Shown: piece after piece, positions 1 to 13,488 of the stretch
Layout: each line of letters starts with the position of its first letter
Position numbering within the stretch: position 1 is the first letter of the stretch
DNA from: Trichodelitschia bisporula
Lineage: Eukaryota
Assembly (NCBI GenBank): GCA_010356995.1
Contig: ML996702.1
Coordinates: 558,001-615,843, forward strand
Reading direction: 5' to 3'
Length of the DNA: 57,843 bases
Position numbers and translations under genes: made by a program
Notes under the pieces: model-generated
What the model was told of the DNA's origin: nothing
Seen by the model: only the letters and a program-made list of their open reading frames with translations
Databases searched by the model: none

Positions 1-3000
1 ATCGATGCATCGTCGCACTCAATCTGATCGCATCGCGCTCGAGCCTTAATCCCGCCCCGCGGCAAACACCACCAATCAGGAAATCCAGCTGAGAAACGCA
101 TCCCAACGTCCACCCGCCTCGCACCCGCCTCGGGTTACACCAGCGCCCCCGCCCACGCCCCCCCGGTGTCCCGCGCGAACGAAGCCAGAAGTCATATGCA
201 AAAGTGGCCTGTTATTCGGAAGTGCACCCCTTCAGGAAGCGACAACACCCCCGCGTGCGCCGCCGAGATTATCCCGCGCCGAGCATCGGGACCGGGGGTA
301 GACTGCTGACGGGGCAGCATTTGCCGAACGGTGTCGGAGGCGCGCGCTAGCCGCTAGTCTGCTTGTCTCCCTCGTGCGGGCGGCGCCACTACGATACGCT
401 ACGTATGGAAGGAGGCGGGGGAGGCGGGGCTGGATCGGCTGGCGCGGGGGCCGGACACGAGGCCAGGCGAAGCGGCGGCGACAAGAACTGCGGGCGCGGT
501 CTGGGCGGCTGCTTGTAGGACTTGGCGATATAGGCTGAGGGGTCTGATGGGGCAAATCTCCGAGGGATGTGAGATGGGCGATGCGAGGTGTATCGTAATT
601 TTGATTTTTTGGGGTTTGAGGACGGGAGGTGCTGGGAACGGGATGCCGCAAAATGCCGCAACGGCCCCTTCGTGTTCCCACGCCCCGAATCGGGCCCGTG
701 GCGTCGCGGTCCGCATGGCTAACTGCAGGATCCAATTCCCCTTCTCGGAGTTCTCGCGTGGGACAATGCACAATGCGTCGCCGCCGGCGCCAGGGAGAGG
801 GAGAGGGAGTGCCGGCGGGGAGGGTGAATTGCGGATGGCGACTTCAGGCGTGCAATGGCATGTTCCTAATTCTAATTCTGGAGGCCCCGATGCTGTGGAG
901 GAGTAATCCCCGAAAATCGCTCCGCTGTTCAGAGTATCCAGCGCCGTCTTGAGGATCCGGCTCCGCACCAGTGCTAGCCGGGGCAAGCGCTCACCTGGTG
1001 AGCGTTAACGACGAGTAGTTGCGCACCAACATCGGCGGCCGATTTCTAGGCCCGCGAACTGCGATCCGCGGGCCGCTAGTTATTACCGCGACTCCAGCTA
1101 TTCCGTTAGTTTTCTCATCCACCTTCGCTTTCTGTTGCTCAGTCCGCCGGCATCACGGTGGACGACCCCCAGGTCATCCGTCAAACCCGTCAAAGCTGTC
1201 AAATCACTTCCCGCAGCACACTGTACGCCGTGTTCGTTCCGCCAACGACGACCGCAATCTGCAACCTAGCGAGCGTTCAGCAGGTGTTACACGTTAGACG
1301 AGGAGGCTTTCGCGACCTCCTGCGCAAGTGCGCTTGGGTAAAGATTCACGTGGGGGGGAACGGACGGCGTTGCTGGGGTGGGGAAAATTGGGGAAGGAAG
1401 AACCGGGCTGTGGCGGAGATGGGATTGTATGTGAGGCGTTAGGATAGGGGAGAGGGGGCCGGGTATATCCATCCAGTAACGGGACTAGTTTCCGCTCGGT
1501 GCGGTTTTCGATTGCGGCCGGCGATGCGGCCGGTATTTGCTAGGGCCGCTTAAGGACCTTTGCTTTATGCTGCCGAATGGCTTTGGCTTCGCTGTTCGTG
1601 AAGAGATGACCCGAATAGGTACGGTACAGTACCTACCTCCTCCTTCGTCTCCTACTGCCACCGCCTCGCGACCTGCGGTAAACAGCAACTGCACATCGCG
1701 GCATCGCAGTCCCGTTGCCAGAGCGCAGGGTCACGATCTGCGGTACGTGCACGATTCGCTCGTGTCCCAAAATACCCAGGCAAGCCAAAAAAAATCTCCA
1801 GCTTCCTAATTACGTCTACGTCGTCGTTTCAAACCGCGCGCTCCCCATCCGTTTCCCCCAAAAGCCAACTGCCCAAAAGCTACCTATATCTCCGAGATGC
1901 TTAATGCAAGGTACGTATCGCAGGGCCCATCGCACGACTCAGTGAGATTTCATATCCGAACGAACAGTACGTAGCTCTGGTTTCTTCCCCCGGCATCTTC
2001 CTGGGCTTCGGCTTCGTGCCGCCGGCTAAATTAGGGTTCGCGGCAGAGCGGCGCGGGCCTGTTCCGGGGTCCGCGTGAGTGGGATAGATTGATTAATCGC
2101 ATCGCTCCTCCCCTGTAACGGACCAGATGGGTTGCGTGGCGCGGTCGAGAAGAGCAAGAGAACAGGGCAATATATCGAGGTTATTTGCGGCGCGCACGGA
2201 TCCCAGGGGGTGGATCTGTGGATGCAACGTCGACGATGCTGGTGAAAGCGACATCGCAGCAACGACGAGTGACGACGCAGGCTACGACGATGAACGGGAG
2301 CCGGTTATCGCAAATCAGATCATGCTAGCTAACTAGCTAGAAATATTCCCTTACCCCTTCACTGAGCTTTTCCACTTGCGGTACAGTTTGCAATGCCCGT
2401 CGCCATGCCACGGCCTAGTCCCACAAACGTTCCTCCCTCCGCATTAACATGCCCCACGCGATACGCCCCCCCTTCCTCCATTCCGCGGAGTGGCGTGATT
2501 TGCCCTCGCCGGCCGCGCAGAACGCGCAAAACACGGTACAGTACGGTATCATCTACACGCTCCACACGAAGCAAACCGCGTCCTCCATCCACACGCAGCT
2601 CCAATAGGTCCTCACACGCGCAGGCACTCGCTTCACACATTCCTCCTCCGCAGGTGTGCAATCCAGGAAAAAGCTCCTGGGGTGGGGGGAGCCGCGCGAT
2701 TGGCCACTGTAGCAACTCGTGGGGATGGAGAGGGTCATGGGTCCCTTTGCGGCTGGGGGCGGGGAGATCTAGACGGAGGCCGCGATCTCGATCCTGCAAT
2801 TCGGCGTTCGTCGCGCGGGTTTGACACGAGATGAATGGACCCCCCCGTTCCCCGCCCGCGGCCGGGGGAGTGGGCGTGCCGTGCTTGTGGCGGGGCGGGG
2901 TCTAACGGGTTTGTTTCGAGGGCGAGTCACGGCGTGCATGTGCGGGTTGTGCTTCGTAGCGGGCGGGCGGGCTGGTGGGCGAATGTCCGTTGCGAGATGT

Positions 3001-6000
3001 GCGTGTTGCGCGTCTTTTTTTTTCGCTGTAGATGTGTGAGGGGGGATCTGGCAGTCTGATCTGACGGCCGGATTGCCGGTTGATTTTGTGCGTGCGTGGT
3101 TTGCGGGTTTGGGGGTTCAAAGCGGAATAGGGGACGAGGGGGAGCGGCGGGTTAGCGGCCGTTGGGGCAGGCCCGTCAATCATGCCATCATCTGGCTTTC
3201 ATCTCCCCATCTCTCTCCACGCGTCTCCGCTATGATACCATCGTTTAGCATGGCTGATGGAGGGGAGGGGGTTGCATGAAATTTGCGAATCGGAAAGCCG
3301 ATCACGTCGGTCCGCGGATGGAGGCATGTTTGAACATCGGGACCCGCATTTTGCGCGAAATCTTGGGAAGGGAGAGGAAGTATAATGTACCGGGAACTGC
3401 GGGGGGGGAAGGAAGCTTCTTCCACCGTAGGTATACGGACTGTGGCCCTTTGTAGAGAGGGCTTGAAGCCATAATACCGTACAGTGGACAGACGAGGAAT
3501 AGTGGGGAGCGGGGATTAGCGGAGCCGAGGGAGCGAACGAGATACAAGCTAGCGAGCCGATCCAATGGTCGAAGCGCAATTGGCGATGAGCTGCCTCCAT
3601 TGGTGTCGCGATTTGTTTGGGGTGTTCTCTCGCAGCTCTTACGGACAAGACACCGGACCCCCAGCTAGCCAGCACGAAAGGTAGCACCACTACCTCCACT
3701 ACCACCACAGCAACGCTAAGCTCCGCCAAAACACTCAGCTCCTGCAATAACAAAGGACCCCCTATGGCTCAAAACGCCCTCGCACAGCTCAAGAGGCTGG
3801 AGATACGCGCCCTAGCGCCATCCTGCGCACCCACGCCCGACGATCGCGATCTTGCCGACGTCGCACGCACGAAACGCCCGGCAGCGGTGCACGCGCCGAA
3901 GCGGCGAACAGCGAACAAAGGTCGCCTGTTGGCGGAGGCGAGGGAGGGGGCAAATAAGTCGCCCTTTCGGCTGTTTTGCGCACGCACGGCAGCAAGCAGA
4001 CGCAGGGAAATGACGATGAGGTCGACAACTGGTGCTACGCGCGTGGAATGGAGAACGGAGGCGGGAAATATTGCCAGTGGTCGATCTGGGCGGAGCTGCT
4101 GAAAAGAAAGCATGCAAGAAGGAAGTGCTTACTTTGAGGCGGGGCTGGGGTGGGCTCGCTGGCTACTGACGCGAAGATGTCTTGGAGTACTGGTTGCCTT
4201 GGTGCGACGTTGCCGACAGGCGGATGACGATGGAGCGGCTTTTCTGTGTTGCTATCGGCCTGCCTGATTTCGAGGCGACGATGCCGTGCACTGCCACTGC
4301 GTGCGAGCAGCGATCTCACCTCTGACGCGCCCCGATTCGGGCAATTGCGCGCCATGGAAAGCCAGCCGAAGCGGCAGCAGTTTGAGAAAAGGTAGGTCGT
4401 AACTCAAAAGAGCCGACGGAACCGCAAAGCGGCAGCTGGTTCTCGAGTTATTGCTGGTTGGCTTCATGCTCGCTTTGGGCATGCGTTGCTTGCGGCGATT
4501 CATAGAGCCAGTCTTATTGCATGGAGTCCCCGTGCGTGGATTCATTTTCTGTTCCCCAGCGGCGGGGACACGGCCGGCGTGTTTCGCAGTGGTGGCATGA
4601 TAGCGAGCGAGCCATGACGCCTGGGGTATATTTTCCTCTCTCGCTTTCGCCTCTTCTCTCTTTCGTCTCTTTTGCGTCTCGTGTGGGAGGGCACGAGCTG
4701 GCATTGGATGAGGAGGGGTACAACGCTCCCTCCCGAGTTCCCGCCCAACGGCACGTAGTAGATCTGCAGGGAAGGGGAGTGGCTGGGTGGGAGGGGGCTA
4801 GGGTGTGTGGCATCATCTCTGGATGACATGTTTGGAGCACAAGAGCGGCCGAGTCCGAGTCTAAGTTTGTGTCTGACCTCGACGGGCGATGAGCAGATGA
4901 GTGGGGTGGTGGGGGGGGAGGGCGCCCCGCGGCGCACGATGGGCGTATCTCAGACAAAGAGGCGGCGTGGGCGCGCGAGCTGCTGTTTTGGGCGAGACAA
5001 GAGATTCACAGATCACAGATCACAGAAGGTGTGTTAGGGTTTAGGTTATGGTGGGTGATGGTGGGCGGGACACAGATTAACGGAACTGGCGGATGGTTAT
5101 GCACTTTATTCCGCCGCTTTTATTCTCACGTCCACGGAAGCACGATGCACGACTGACGACCGCAGATAGAGGGTGAGGCCGGAGCGGGTTGCTGCGGGGT
5201 TCCCCTGCGGCTGTTGCTGCAAGGCCGGACTGTGGCAGCTGGCGATGATGAATCTGCAGTTACAGTATCGATGACAGCTTGACCGTGGGGAAGATTGAAG
5301 AAAAACGCCTTGACTGAGCCCTGTGGAAGCTTTCGAAAGGCCTGAGGCCACAGGTCGAAGTGACAGGCGCGGCTTCCTTCAAAACAAATCTGCCAAGTTG
5401 TCACCCGCTGTCGTCAGTCATCAGTTCGTCAATCTCTTAGCTCGTGTTCTACTCGTCATCGCTCTAGCCGGTCGCCACCTTTGCCAACCTAGCGTGCCTA
5501 GCCCCACGGGTCGTCATCCGTCTGCGTTCCCTGGAAAAGCCAATGTGGAGAAGAACGGCGGAGGGGGAGAACGAGCAAGGCAAGAGATGGGACCAGGGCT
5601 CTCGCGACTGTAACCGGGGATGGGGAAACGTAGTCTATTCTATGTAGGGGAAGCAGTTTGAGAGAACGGTGGCGGAAAGTGCTGTGGTACTCTATGTTTT
5701 GACTGGACCCAAGAGGCTCGCATCCTCGGACAGCTTAGGGAGAGCTTGCTCCGTGATGCTTGCTTGCTTGACTAGCTTAGGCCTAGCCGATGGGTGAGAG
5801 GCAGCGAGGTGGGATCGATTGCTGACAGGGGGTTTATATCCCTCGCTTCGTGCCGATCATCACCGTGGGAGGGGCACGCTTAGGGGATCCTTTTCCCTCT
5901 CTAATTCTTTTCCCTCGACCCTCTCTCTTCCTTTCTCAAGCAGCACAAGACCGTGACGCCTTTGGCCGCTTTCTCTCTCCTCGCACCTCCCTGAACCGAT

Positions 6001-8276
6001 GACATCCCTACGGGGTTAGCCGGGCAGTTGTGGCCCTGCGGGTGCTGCGGGTAGGCCGGGGGAGATGGGGAGATTCCTAGCTGAAGTCGTTCGTTCGGCT
6101 CTTCCTAGGTTGAAACGCCGCGGGAGGGAATAAGGGTTACTGTGAGGGTTTAGAGCTCAATCGATCGCGCATTTTCGGCAGCTGGCTCTTCTACTTCTAC
6201 TTCGAGTCTTCTTAATTCCTCTTTCGCACGGAACCCTTACTCCACTCTCTGTGTGAGACGCAAGAGACTTTTTGTGTGCATAACACGAAGCCTAGCGATT
6301 AGTTCTATTCCCCAATCTGCCCCGGATGCTCATGCAGAGCCACACAAGTGCATTCGGGCCTGGCCGGACTGGAGCCTTTTTTCTTGCTTGTACTCCCTTA
6401 AAGTCGCGATTGGCTCGCTGCTTGTGCTTACCCTTTGTGCTGGGCCTGCTGGCTTGCCTCATCGATGGCACTGACTGGCTCTCTTTCACCCGTTCTGGCC
6501 TCGACTGGCTGATCTGGTCTCTCTCCGGCGTTTTTATTCTGACACCGGCACTGGCTGACAGCCGCTGCGCCTGTCAGAGAGAAGGCAGACACGAGGGTGG
6601 ACCGGGAGAGCTCATGAGAGACAACTTAGGCCCAACTGATGCACTAGCAAAAGCGGTGCGAGGTGCGGGCCATCTCGATTTCATCTCGCCTCATGGGCGC
6701 CCAGCCATCTGATCGAAGAACAGCCCTTGCATAGTGACGACTGTAGGAGGCACATATGCTATGGAGCACCTGAAGGCCTTTTTACACCATTTCTGTCCTC
6801 GATTCGCATATCCCAGCATCATCTGTTCGGGAAGCCCATACCTCTCCTCTCTTACGGTACAGTACATCTCTGATTTTGCTCCGCTCTCATACTCCACTCT
6901 CACGCTTCTCTCTTTCCACTCCCAAGACCCCTACTACGTAGTATCTTTTCGCACGCAATAATCCAAAGACTGACAGTCCACCACACCTATCATCAAGCAC
7001 CATTAACCCCCCCTCTCCACTTCCCTCCCACCTCCCCCGACCCCAGTATCTCCGCCCACCACCCCCCCGTCATCCACAACCACCACCCCAGTTCGATTCT
7101 CCCGCCTCAAGCTTCCTTCCGTCTTCCAGTTCCATGCGCCAGTTCTTGATGCTGCGTTGCTGCTAACGCTAAACTAATGAAGAAGAGAGAGACCACTACT
7201 GCTTTCCCGTTATCCCGTTCCAAAAACCCTCGTTTACCCAAACTCGGAAATCCTTCGCTTCCTCTCTAACTCTTCGCTCTTTCCTATTTTCTTCTGCTGT
7301 CTAATCCCCAAAACCTGTACATCCATCCATCCATCCCATCCTATTCTACTCCTCCATCTCTTCCCACCCCCCCTCCTCCATTTCTCCCACCCCACACATC
7401 CCATCATCCACCACCATCCTCTTCTCCTACCCACCTCCCCTCTTCCTCTCCCCCCCCCTCCCTTCTCCCCCCAATCCTTCACGTCCTACAACCCCCCTCT
7501 TCCCATTCCATTCCACTTTTACTGCTCGAGTCTCTCCCTCGTTCGGACGTCCTCGCCATCGTCGCTATTATCCCGCATACAATCGTCTCCTCTGCCTGCC
7601 GATGCATCCCGCTTGGTAGACCTGCACCATCTTCTTCTGAACCCACCAACCTACGCCTGCAACTCACATTACCCCAAAACGTAAGGTACCTACCGTAAGA
7701 ACTCCCAGACCGTCTGCACCTGAATAGAAAGACAAAAAAAAGCCCCCATCGTCATGGCGCTGCTGAGTTCAGCTGGATTTCCCATGAGCCGTTCATATGC
7801 CCAGCTGCGATCCTGTTGGAACTTGAAGGTGCAACTGGTCCGTTGCTCGCTCGCCCTGCATCACGGGATCTCAGCCCTTCGCTGCGCATCATCCACCGCC
7901 AGCAGGCAGTGGTGCACTCGGCGCCCTCCTCCTCCTGCGCTTTCCGATTGTTAATCTGGCTTGGTTTTTGCGCTCGGCTGATCAATTGGTAGACTTCCCG
8001 AGTGACTGGTCTTCACTCGCGCATTATCCGCTTTGCCGCCCGCCAACACCACTCCACCTCCCGTCAGCCTCCTCCCTCTTTTACATCAACATCCTTCGCC
8101 ACATTTCGCAATCTGCACACCTTTTCTTTCCTATAGTAACGCGATTTTACGCACGCTTCGGCTTCGTGCGTCATACTCCTGAAAACGATCCCAAACGGAT
8201 CGCTGGGCGGAAAGCGACATAGGCACCGGGACTAACCCTCTGGTTCCCACGATAACCTCGCCTCACCCATCGGTTC

Positions 8277-8309
8277 ATGCCAGCGGCACCAGGAGTCACC
8301 GATCTGTGA
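8277..8309 (+). promoter_or_regulatory. Candidate 10-codon uORF whose stop overlaps the nsdD start (TGATG)
   Basis: ATG CCA GCG GCA CCA GGA GTC ACC GAT CTG TGA. The A of TGA (8309) is the A of the predicted nsdD ATG. Confidence 0.4.
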
Positions 8310-10084
8310 TGGAAATGGAAGCAGGTACTGCCAGCGCAAGGCAAAGGTGCGTGTTTGTCGGTCCTAACCCCGTCATCCTCTGTCGTCCTACCATTGGCCG
8401 GAGGAAATGATTTCTGATTGCCTTGACAGTATCGCCCTGCCGTCCCTAAGTCTGTTGGACCTGGAGAAGACGAAAGAGGCGGAATATCAGCGAAAGCATA
8501 CAGCCGGCGCCATGGTCAGCCCGTCGTATCCCTACAGTTGTCCGCCGCCGCCGTACAGTCACCCTCCGTCCGCCGGTGGTCCCAATGGCGTGCAATCAGG
8601 CCTCATTTCCCCACCAGAGTCGCGTCGGACATCTGGAGAGCCTCCACGACAGTCGCTGCCGTCTATTCACGAAGCCTTAGGGTCCGATCCGTCAAGTTAC
8701 CCACCACCACCTCACCCCGCCTCCACATCTGCACCTAGCTATCTCCATCCCACTCCCTCTACAAGTGCACCAGGCCCCGATCCCCTCCGGCGACCCTTCG
8801 CTCCGACTTCACAGCCATCAGACGGTTCGCCGAGCGCGTACGCCCAGCCACCCACGAGAAGTCCCTTCATGAACCACCAAGCGCAGGGCGGCCCCGCGCC
8901 GCCATCATCGCAAACCGCGGACGCTCTGTCACGGCCTCCACCACTCTCATTTTCGAGCCAGCACCCGAAGTTGCCGACGTTGCAGCCTATAAGAACCGCG
9001 TCTCCTCCCAACGTCTTGCGGCCAAATCCGAGTCTGCCGTATCCGCCACCACCGTTACAACAGGCACCACAGCCTTCTCCGGCATTTGAGCCCTCACCGC
9101 AATCTGCGCCTGCCCCGCCGTCTGGACCACCATCCGGACCGCCGTTCTACTCTCCCTTCGGTTCGGCTTCGTCTGCCCCGCTCTCTGCTCCACTTTCTGC
9201 TTATCAGTATTCCAATTCTGGAGTGTATCAGTCACCAGGTGCCGGTCTGGTGCCATCGCCCCGATACCCTCCCGGACCAGGGTCTTGGAGAGAAGGAGAC
9301 ATGTCTGCCGAGGAGCGTCAAAGGCAAGGACGGCCCGCCACTGTGGCATACGGGGAGAGTGTCAAGCGCCATCTTGACAACTTTGATCTGGAAGCCTCGC
9401 TGAACGAGGTAATTATCTCTGCGCTCCTTATCGAGACATGACTAACTTTTCTAGATTGCCGAATGCAGCGGAACGTTGCTCGATTTTTCCCGTGACTACG
9501 GAACGCGAGCACATCACAACCAGCGGAACGGCACGCAGCCGCAGTCAATACCACCGCCACAGCTTGTAGACGAGCTGACGCAGCGGGCTCACAAGATCCA
9601 CGACGCACTGGCTCGTATTCGGGAAATCGGGCTGCAGAATGCTGCGATGCAAGAGCAGATCAAGGATCCCGCAAAGGGAGCCCCAATAAACTCCGGATAT
9701 CCCGCGGAAGGCGGCTCCTATTCCGACGATGCCAAGGGTGGAGGCGGGTTTTCTGGACCGGATGGCAAAAAGCGACGAGGGGTAAGTTTTGAGCTATCTA
9801 TTTATCCCGACTCGCTGGCTAACAGAGGGAGCAGAGAGCCGCGCCGCCAGGACGATGCCACAGCTGCAACCGTGCGGAGACGCCCGAGTGGAGACGGGGT
9901 CCCGACGGTGCGCGGACGCTCTGCAATGCGTGCGGTTTGCGTATGTATCTTCTCAGCCTTGCTCGATTGCACACTGACCCTCCTCTTAGATTACGCCAAG
10001 CTCACGCGCAAAATGGGCGCCAACAAGGCCATCGGGAGTTCCAACTTACGACCCAAGGGCGGACCGGGCTCACCACAACAATAG
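8309..10084 (+). CDS. nsdD: GATA-type zinc finger developmental regulator NsdD/SUB-1 (~514 aa)
   Basis: Exons 8309-8346, 8430-9408, 9455-9781, 9835-9940 and 9990-10084 are joined by GT..AG introns into one open frame. The spliced product contains [43 protein letters not shown] (the NsdD GATA finger), plus the motifs [20 protein letters not shown] and [21 protein letters not shown]. Confidence 0.93.
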
Positions 10085-13000
10085 AGCTATGCACATAAAC
10101 ATGAAAGCGCCATCACATTGCAAGTAACAACGATATCCGATCGCGCATTACGGTAATTCTTTATGGTAATTCACGGCTTGACTCTATCTCGACTCGTCAT
10201 GAACAGGGTGCGGGAAGGCGCGCCGACTATTCTTTTTTTGCCTACATCCCTATCGTACGGCCGAGATAAAGACTTCGCTACGCACGCTCCGAAAAGCGCG
10301 AGGCGCGCGGAACTTCGACGAACTCTTTTCCATATTGCCTTTTCATGACGGGCTCCCCCATCTCGGCGAGACATCAAAAGTTTCTAACACATCACCATCA
10401 TGGTTCGGCGAAAATCCAAGGTACGGCACAGTAGGAGGAACGGTGGGATGTTGGGATTTGAAAGGTTGTCTAGCGAACTTTTTTCTCAGGTTAAAGCAAG
10501 GCAAGACTGGCTTAGGCGCGAATTGTGAGGTTGAGGCCACAGCGGTGTTTTGGGCGTTATTCTTCTCTTTGTGTCGCATTTGAGTGGTTGATTTTGTTCA
10601 CCTGTTTTTGGCGTACGTACAAGCCGTATATCCGGCTTTGGTTTTTTTTTTGCTCTCGGGGGCAAAGTGGGGAGGCTAGCTTCTACTTCTGAGCGGGAGT
10701 GCTGGCCATATGCCCCATGTCTTTTTTGTCCATTTTATCGCAGCTAACTGCGCTCGTCGCGTCGTTTCCGACCAGACTTTGCGCCTCTTGGTCCATCCTC
10801 TGTGTATTCTTTGCCACCTTTTCCGCAGTTCCTCTGCTCGGGCACACACTCTTCGATCTGTTCTTCATATCTGCGGTGCGTTTTGAGCCGGGTCTGGGGC
10901 AGTAGGGGGGAATGGGCATCAGGATGGGATTTCAGTGGATTCGCTTCATTCTACGCAGTCTATTGCGTTTCCGCTGGCAGCGTCTTGTTTGCGTGCAGTT
11001 TTCTCGGCGATGGCTTCCTGTTCGCACGGTATAGAAGCCGATCTTCTATTTTGGTACTGGACACAGTTTCTATTTTTCGCGTCGCGGAGTTGGTTGCCGC
11101 GGCGATACCTGGGGAGTCTACCACACGCTTTTTTGATACCGCGGGGCCTGGCCTAGCCTGGCCGGAGGGGGTTGGGGGTTAGGGATAGGGATAGGGCGGG
11201 CGCGTTCCCCGCGCCCCGGTTGCTACGGTAGAGCAGCGAATTGGTAGAGAATTACATGCACGCGCATTAAGTGTGCACGGTACATATTTTTTTTGGAACT
11301 GCTTTTGCGTGCTGATGATACTGGGGCTGCGGATGAGCTCCTCGCGGACTGGGCTCCTCACGACGTGGTGGCAATGGCACTTTTGGGGCGAGAGGCACTC
11401 GCAAGCTCGTGCCCGCGCCCAGCCGACCGGTCGATAGTGCCTGCCCGATATAGCCCTTTTGCCGTGGATCGGCGCGTTGACGGACGGGGGCGAGATGGCG
11501 GCTGGGCGTACGTGGGGCAGATATTTGGTGGGTGGATGGATTAGGGAGGTGCGGGCGAGTCAGTTGTGGTGCTGGAAATAGGTACTTCTACTTGGTACTG
11601 AAGGATGGACGGCTGGGATGGGGGAGGTGATATCGGTAGGGCTTTTGGAGGAGGAGGGTGGGTGTGGGTTAGGTTCGCCCTGGTCTGGCACGATACGATG
11701 GACGTGGGCGGGCAAGCACGCGGGTTGCGAGAGACTTTGCTTCATCCGTGGCAGAGCGAGCCTTTGAAAAGACGTACGTCATGACAAGATCACATGGGAG
11801 GGATCAATGCGAGCGCTGCGGCGCTAGCACCGCACCCCGTTACCGGTTTAACAAGCCCACGCAGTCTCGCTTGCATCGCCGACAGGCGCCGATTCTGGCG
11901 GCTAGCGCGAGCACGTCAGATGCTAGTGCGGGACCGTGGGCGAGTCGCGGATGAAGGGATAAACAACCGGTTGGTCAAGGCCAAAGTCCTCGCAAACCGA
12001 CATTCGGTAATCCTCGGCCTGAGCCACGCCGGCCCGATATCGATGTCATCGGCCCGGGCGTAGCGGGGTACGATCGCGAGATTCCTTGGCGATTCGGCTT
12101 TCTGGGTGGCTTGGCGGTGGGGCTACATAATTCGATAGCGGTACGATACTGTGGGGGGTGGTGTGGGAGTGGGGTGGGGTCTTTTCCGGGGTTCGGGGAA
12201 GGCTCGGGGGGGGGTTGGATTGGTGGGGGGGGGGGGGGTTGGATGGGTATGGGTGGTTTGGATGGGTATTGAGACGATCTACCGCCCTTTGCTATACGCT
12301 GATATAGGCCTCAAGACGCCATGCGTGAGGCTATGGATCTGTTGTGCGCGCACTGTGCGAGGGGAAGGGTTAGAGGTGGCGATGAGCAGCGCAAGCTGTG
12401 GAACGAGCGATCGCTGCGACCTGCGCGGCGGGCGCCGGCACGATGGTGCGCCCGTGAGGATAGGGGGACGATGACGCTGATCGAGGGTGCCGTGCGGACG
12501 CCGGGTAGAGCACTGGCACCAACGAACCTGTCCTCGTCGGCCCGGTGCTAGACTCGAGTCCTGCGCTTCCGTTTCGTACTGTACCGGCTTATCTGTCAGT
12601 CCAGGCGAGATGTTATGGACGGGGAGGCAGGATTTCTCTCTCGCCATCTGTTCTACTCGTAGCTCTTTGCCTCGTTGTATCCGTCCCAGCCCTCCGCACC
12701 GCCAATATCGCACCGCACCGCACCGCACCGCTGCTCGCCACGGCACCCTGCGCGCTCCTCCCTCGACTAGCATGTACGGCAATCGGACGCGCTGCGTGCG
12801 ACGGCGATCCGCGCGTCGTCGTCGCACGGCGGCTGGCGTGGCGCGCGCGGTGCCATTGAGGATGCTGGAGGTTGTTTCCGGCGAGGGAGGGGTGTCCGAC
12901 GGGGGCCATGGGCGTAGGTAGGGAGAGTTTGGGGTTAGGGATCGGGTGAATGTCGTTCCGTCAAGATGTGGATGGTGGTGGTTTTTCTTCTTCCTCGTCT

Positions 13001-13488
13001 GCCAGAGTTCGCCCTACGAGATGAGGCGCGGTGCTTGCGCCATGCGCGTTTGTCAGCACGTAATTCGTCGCGGTGCGGGCTGAATGGCTCAGATGCGCGC
13101 GCGAGGCTGAATGCTTGGTGCTTTACAATGCTTATATCGACTGCACGTGAGGCCGTGGTTGAGAGGGAGACGGGAGGGGAATGCAGGGTGTTTGTACGGT
13201 AGGCTGTGAGCGCCTTGCTTGTTATCCGGGGTTCTGCTTTACTACGGTACATCATTCCGCGTTTGTCCGCCGAATCTGTTGCGGCCTGGCCTGCGCTAAC
13301 CTTAGTTCCGTTGCAACCGTGAGAATTTGTTTGCGGGGGCGTTTGTCAGCATTGCGACTCTCGTTCCGCACTTCGGACTCTTCCCTTCGTGATAGCACAG
13401 AAACGGCGTCGACGGTTCTGCTGCCGGATATACACCCCATTGCGCCTGTACGTGCTGCTCGCTTGCTCTCGCTGAAAGTTGCCGAACT

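Noticed and set aside
5033..5047. Telomere-like TTAGGG-type hexamers (also ~11177 and ~41190)
   Set aside because: Only 1-3 degenerate units within G-rich tracts; not an interstitial telomere.
232..7000. Many 60-195 aa ORFs upstream of nsdD
   Set aside because: They overlap in all frames, have low-complexity R/P/S/A composition and no domain or consistent splice pattern; typical of GC-rich noncoding DNA.
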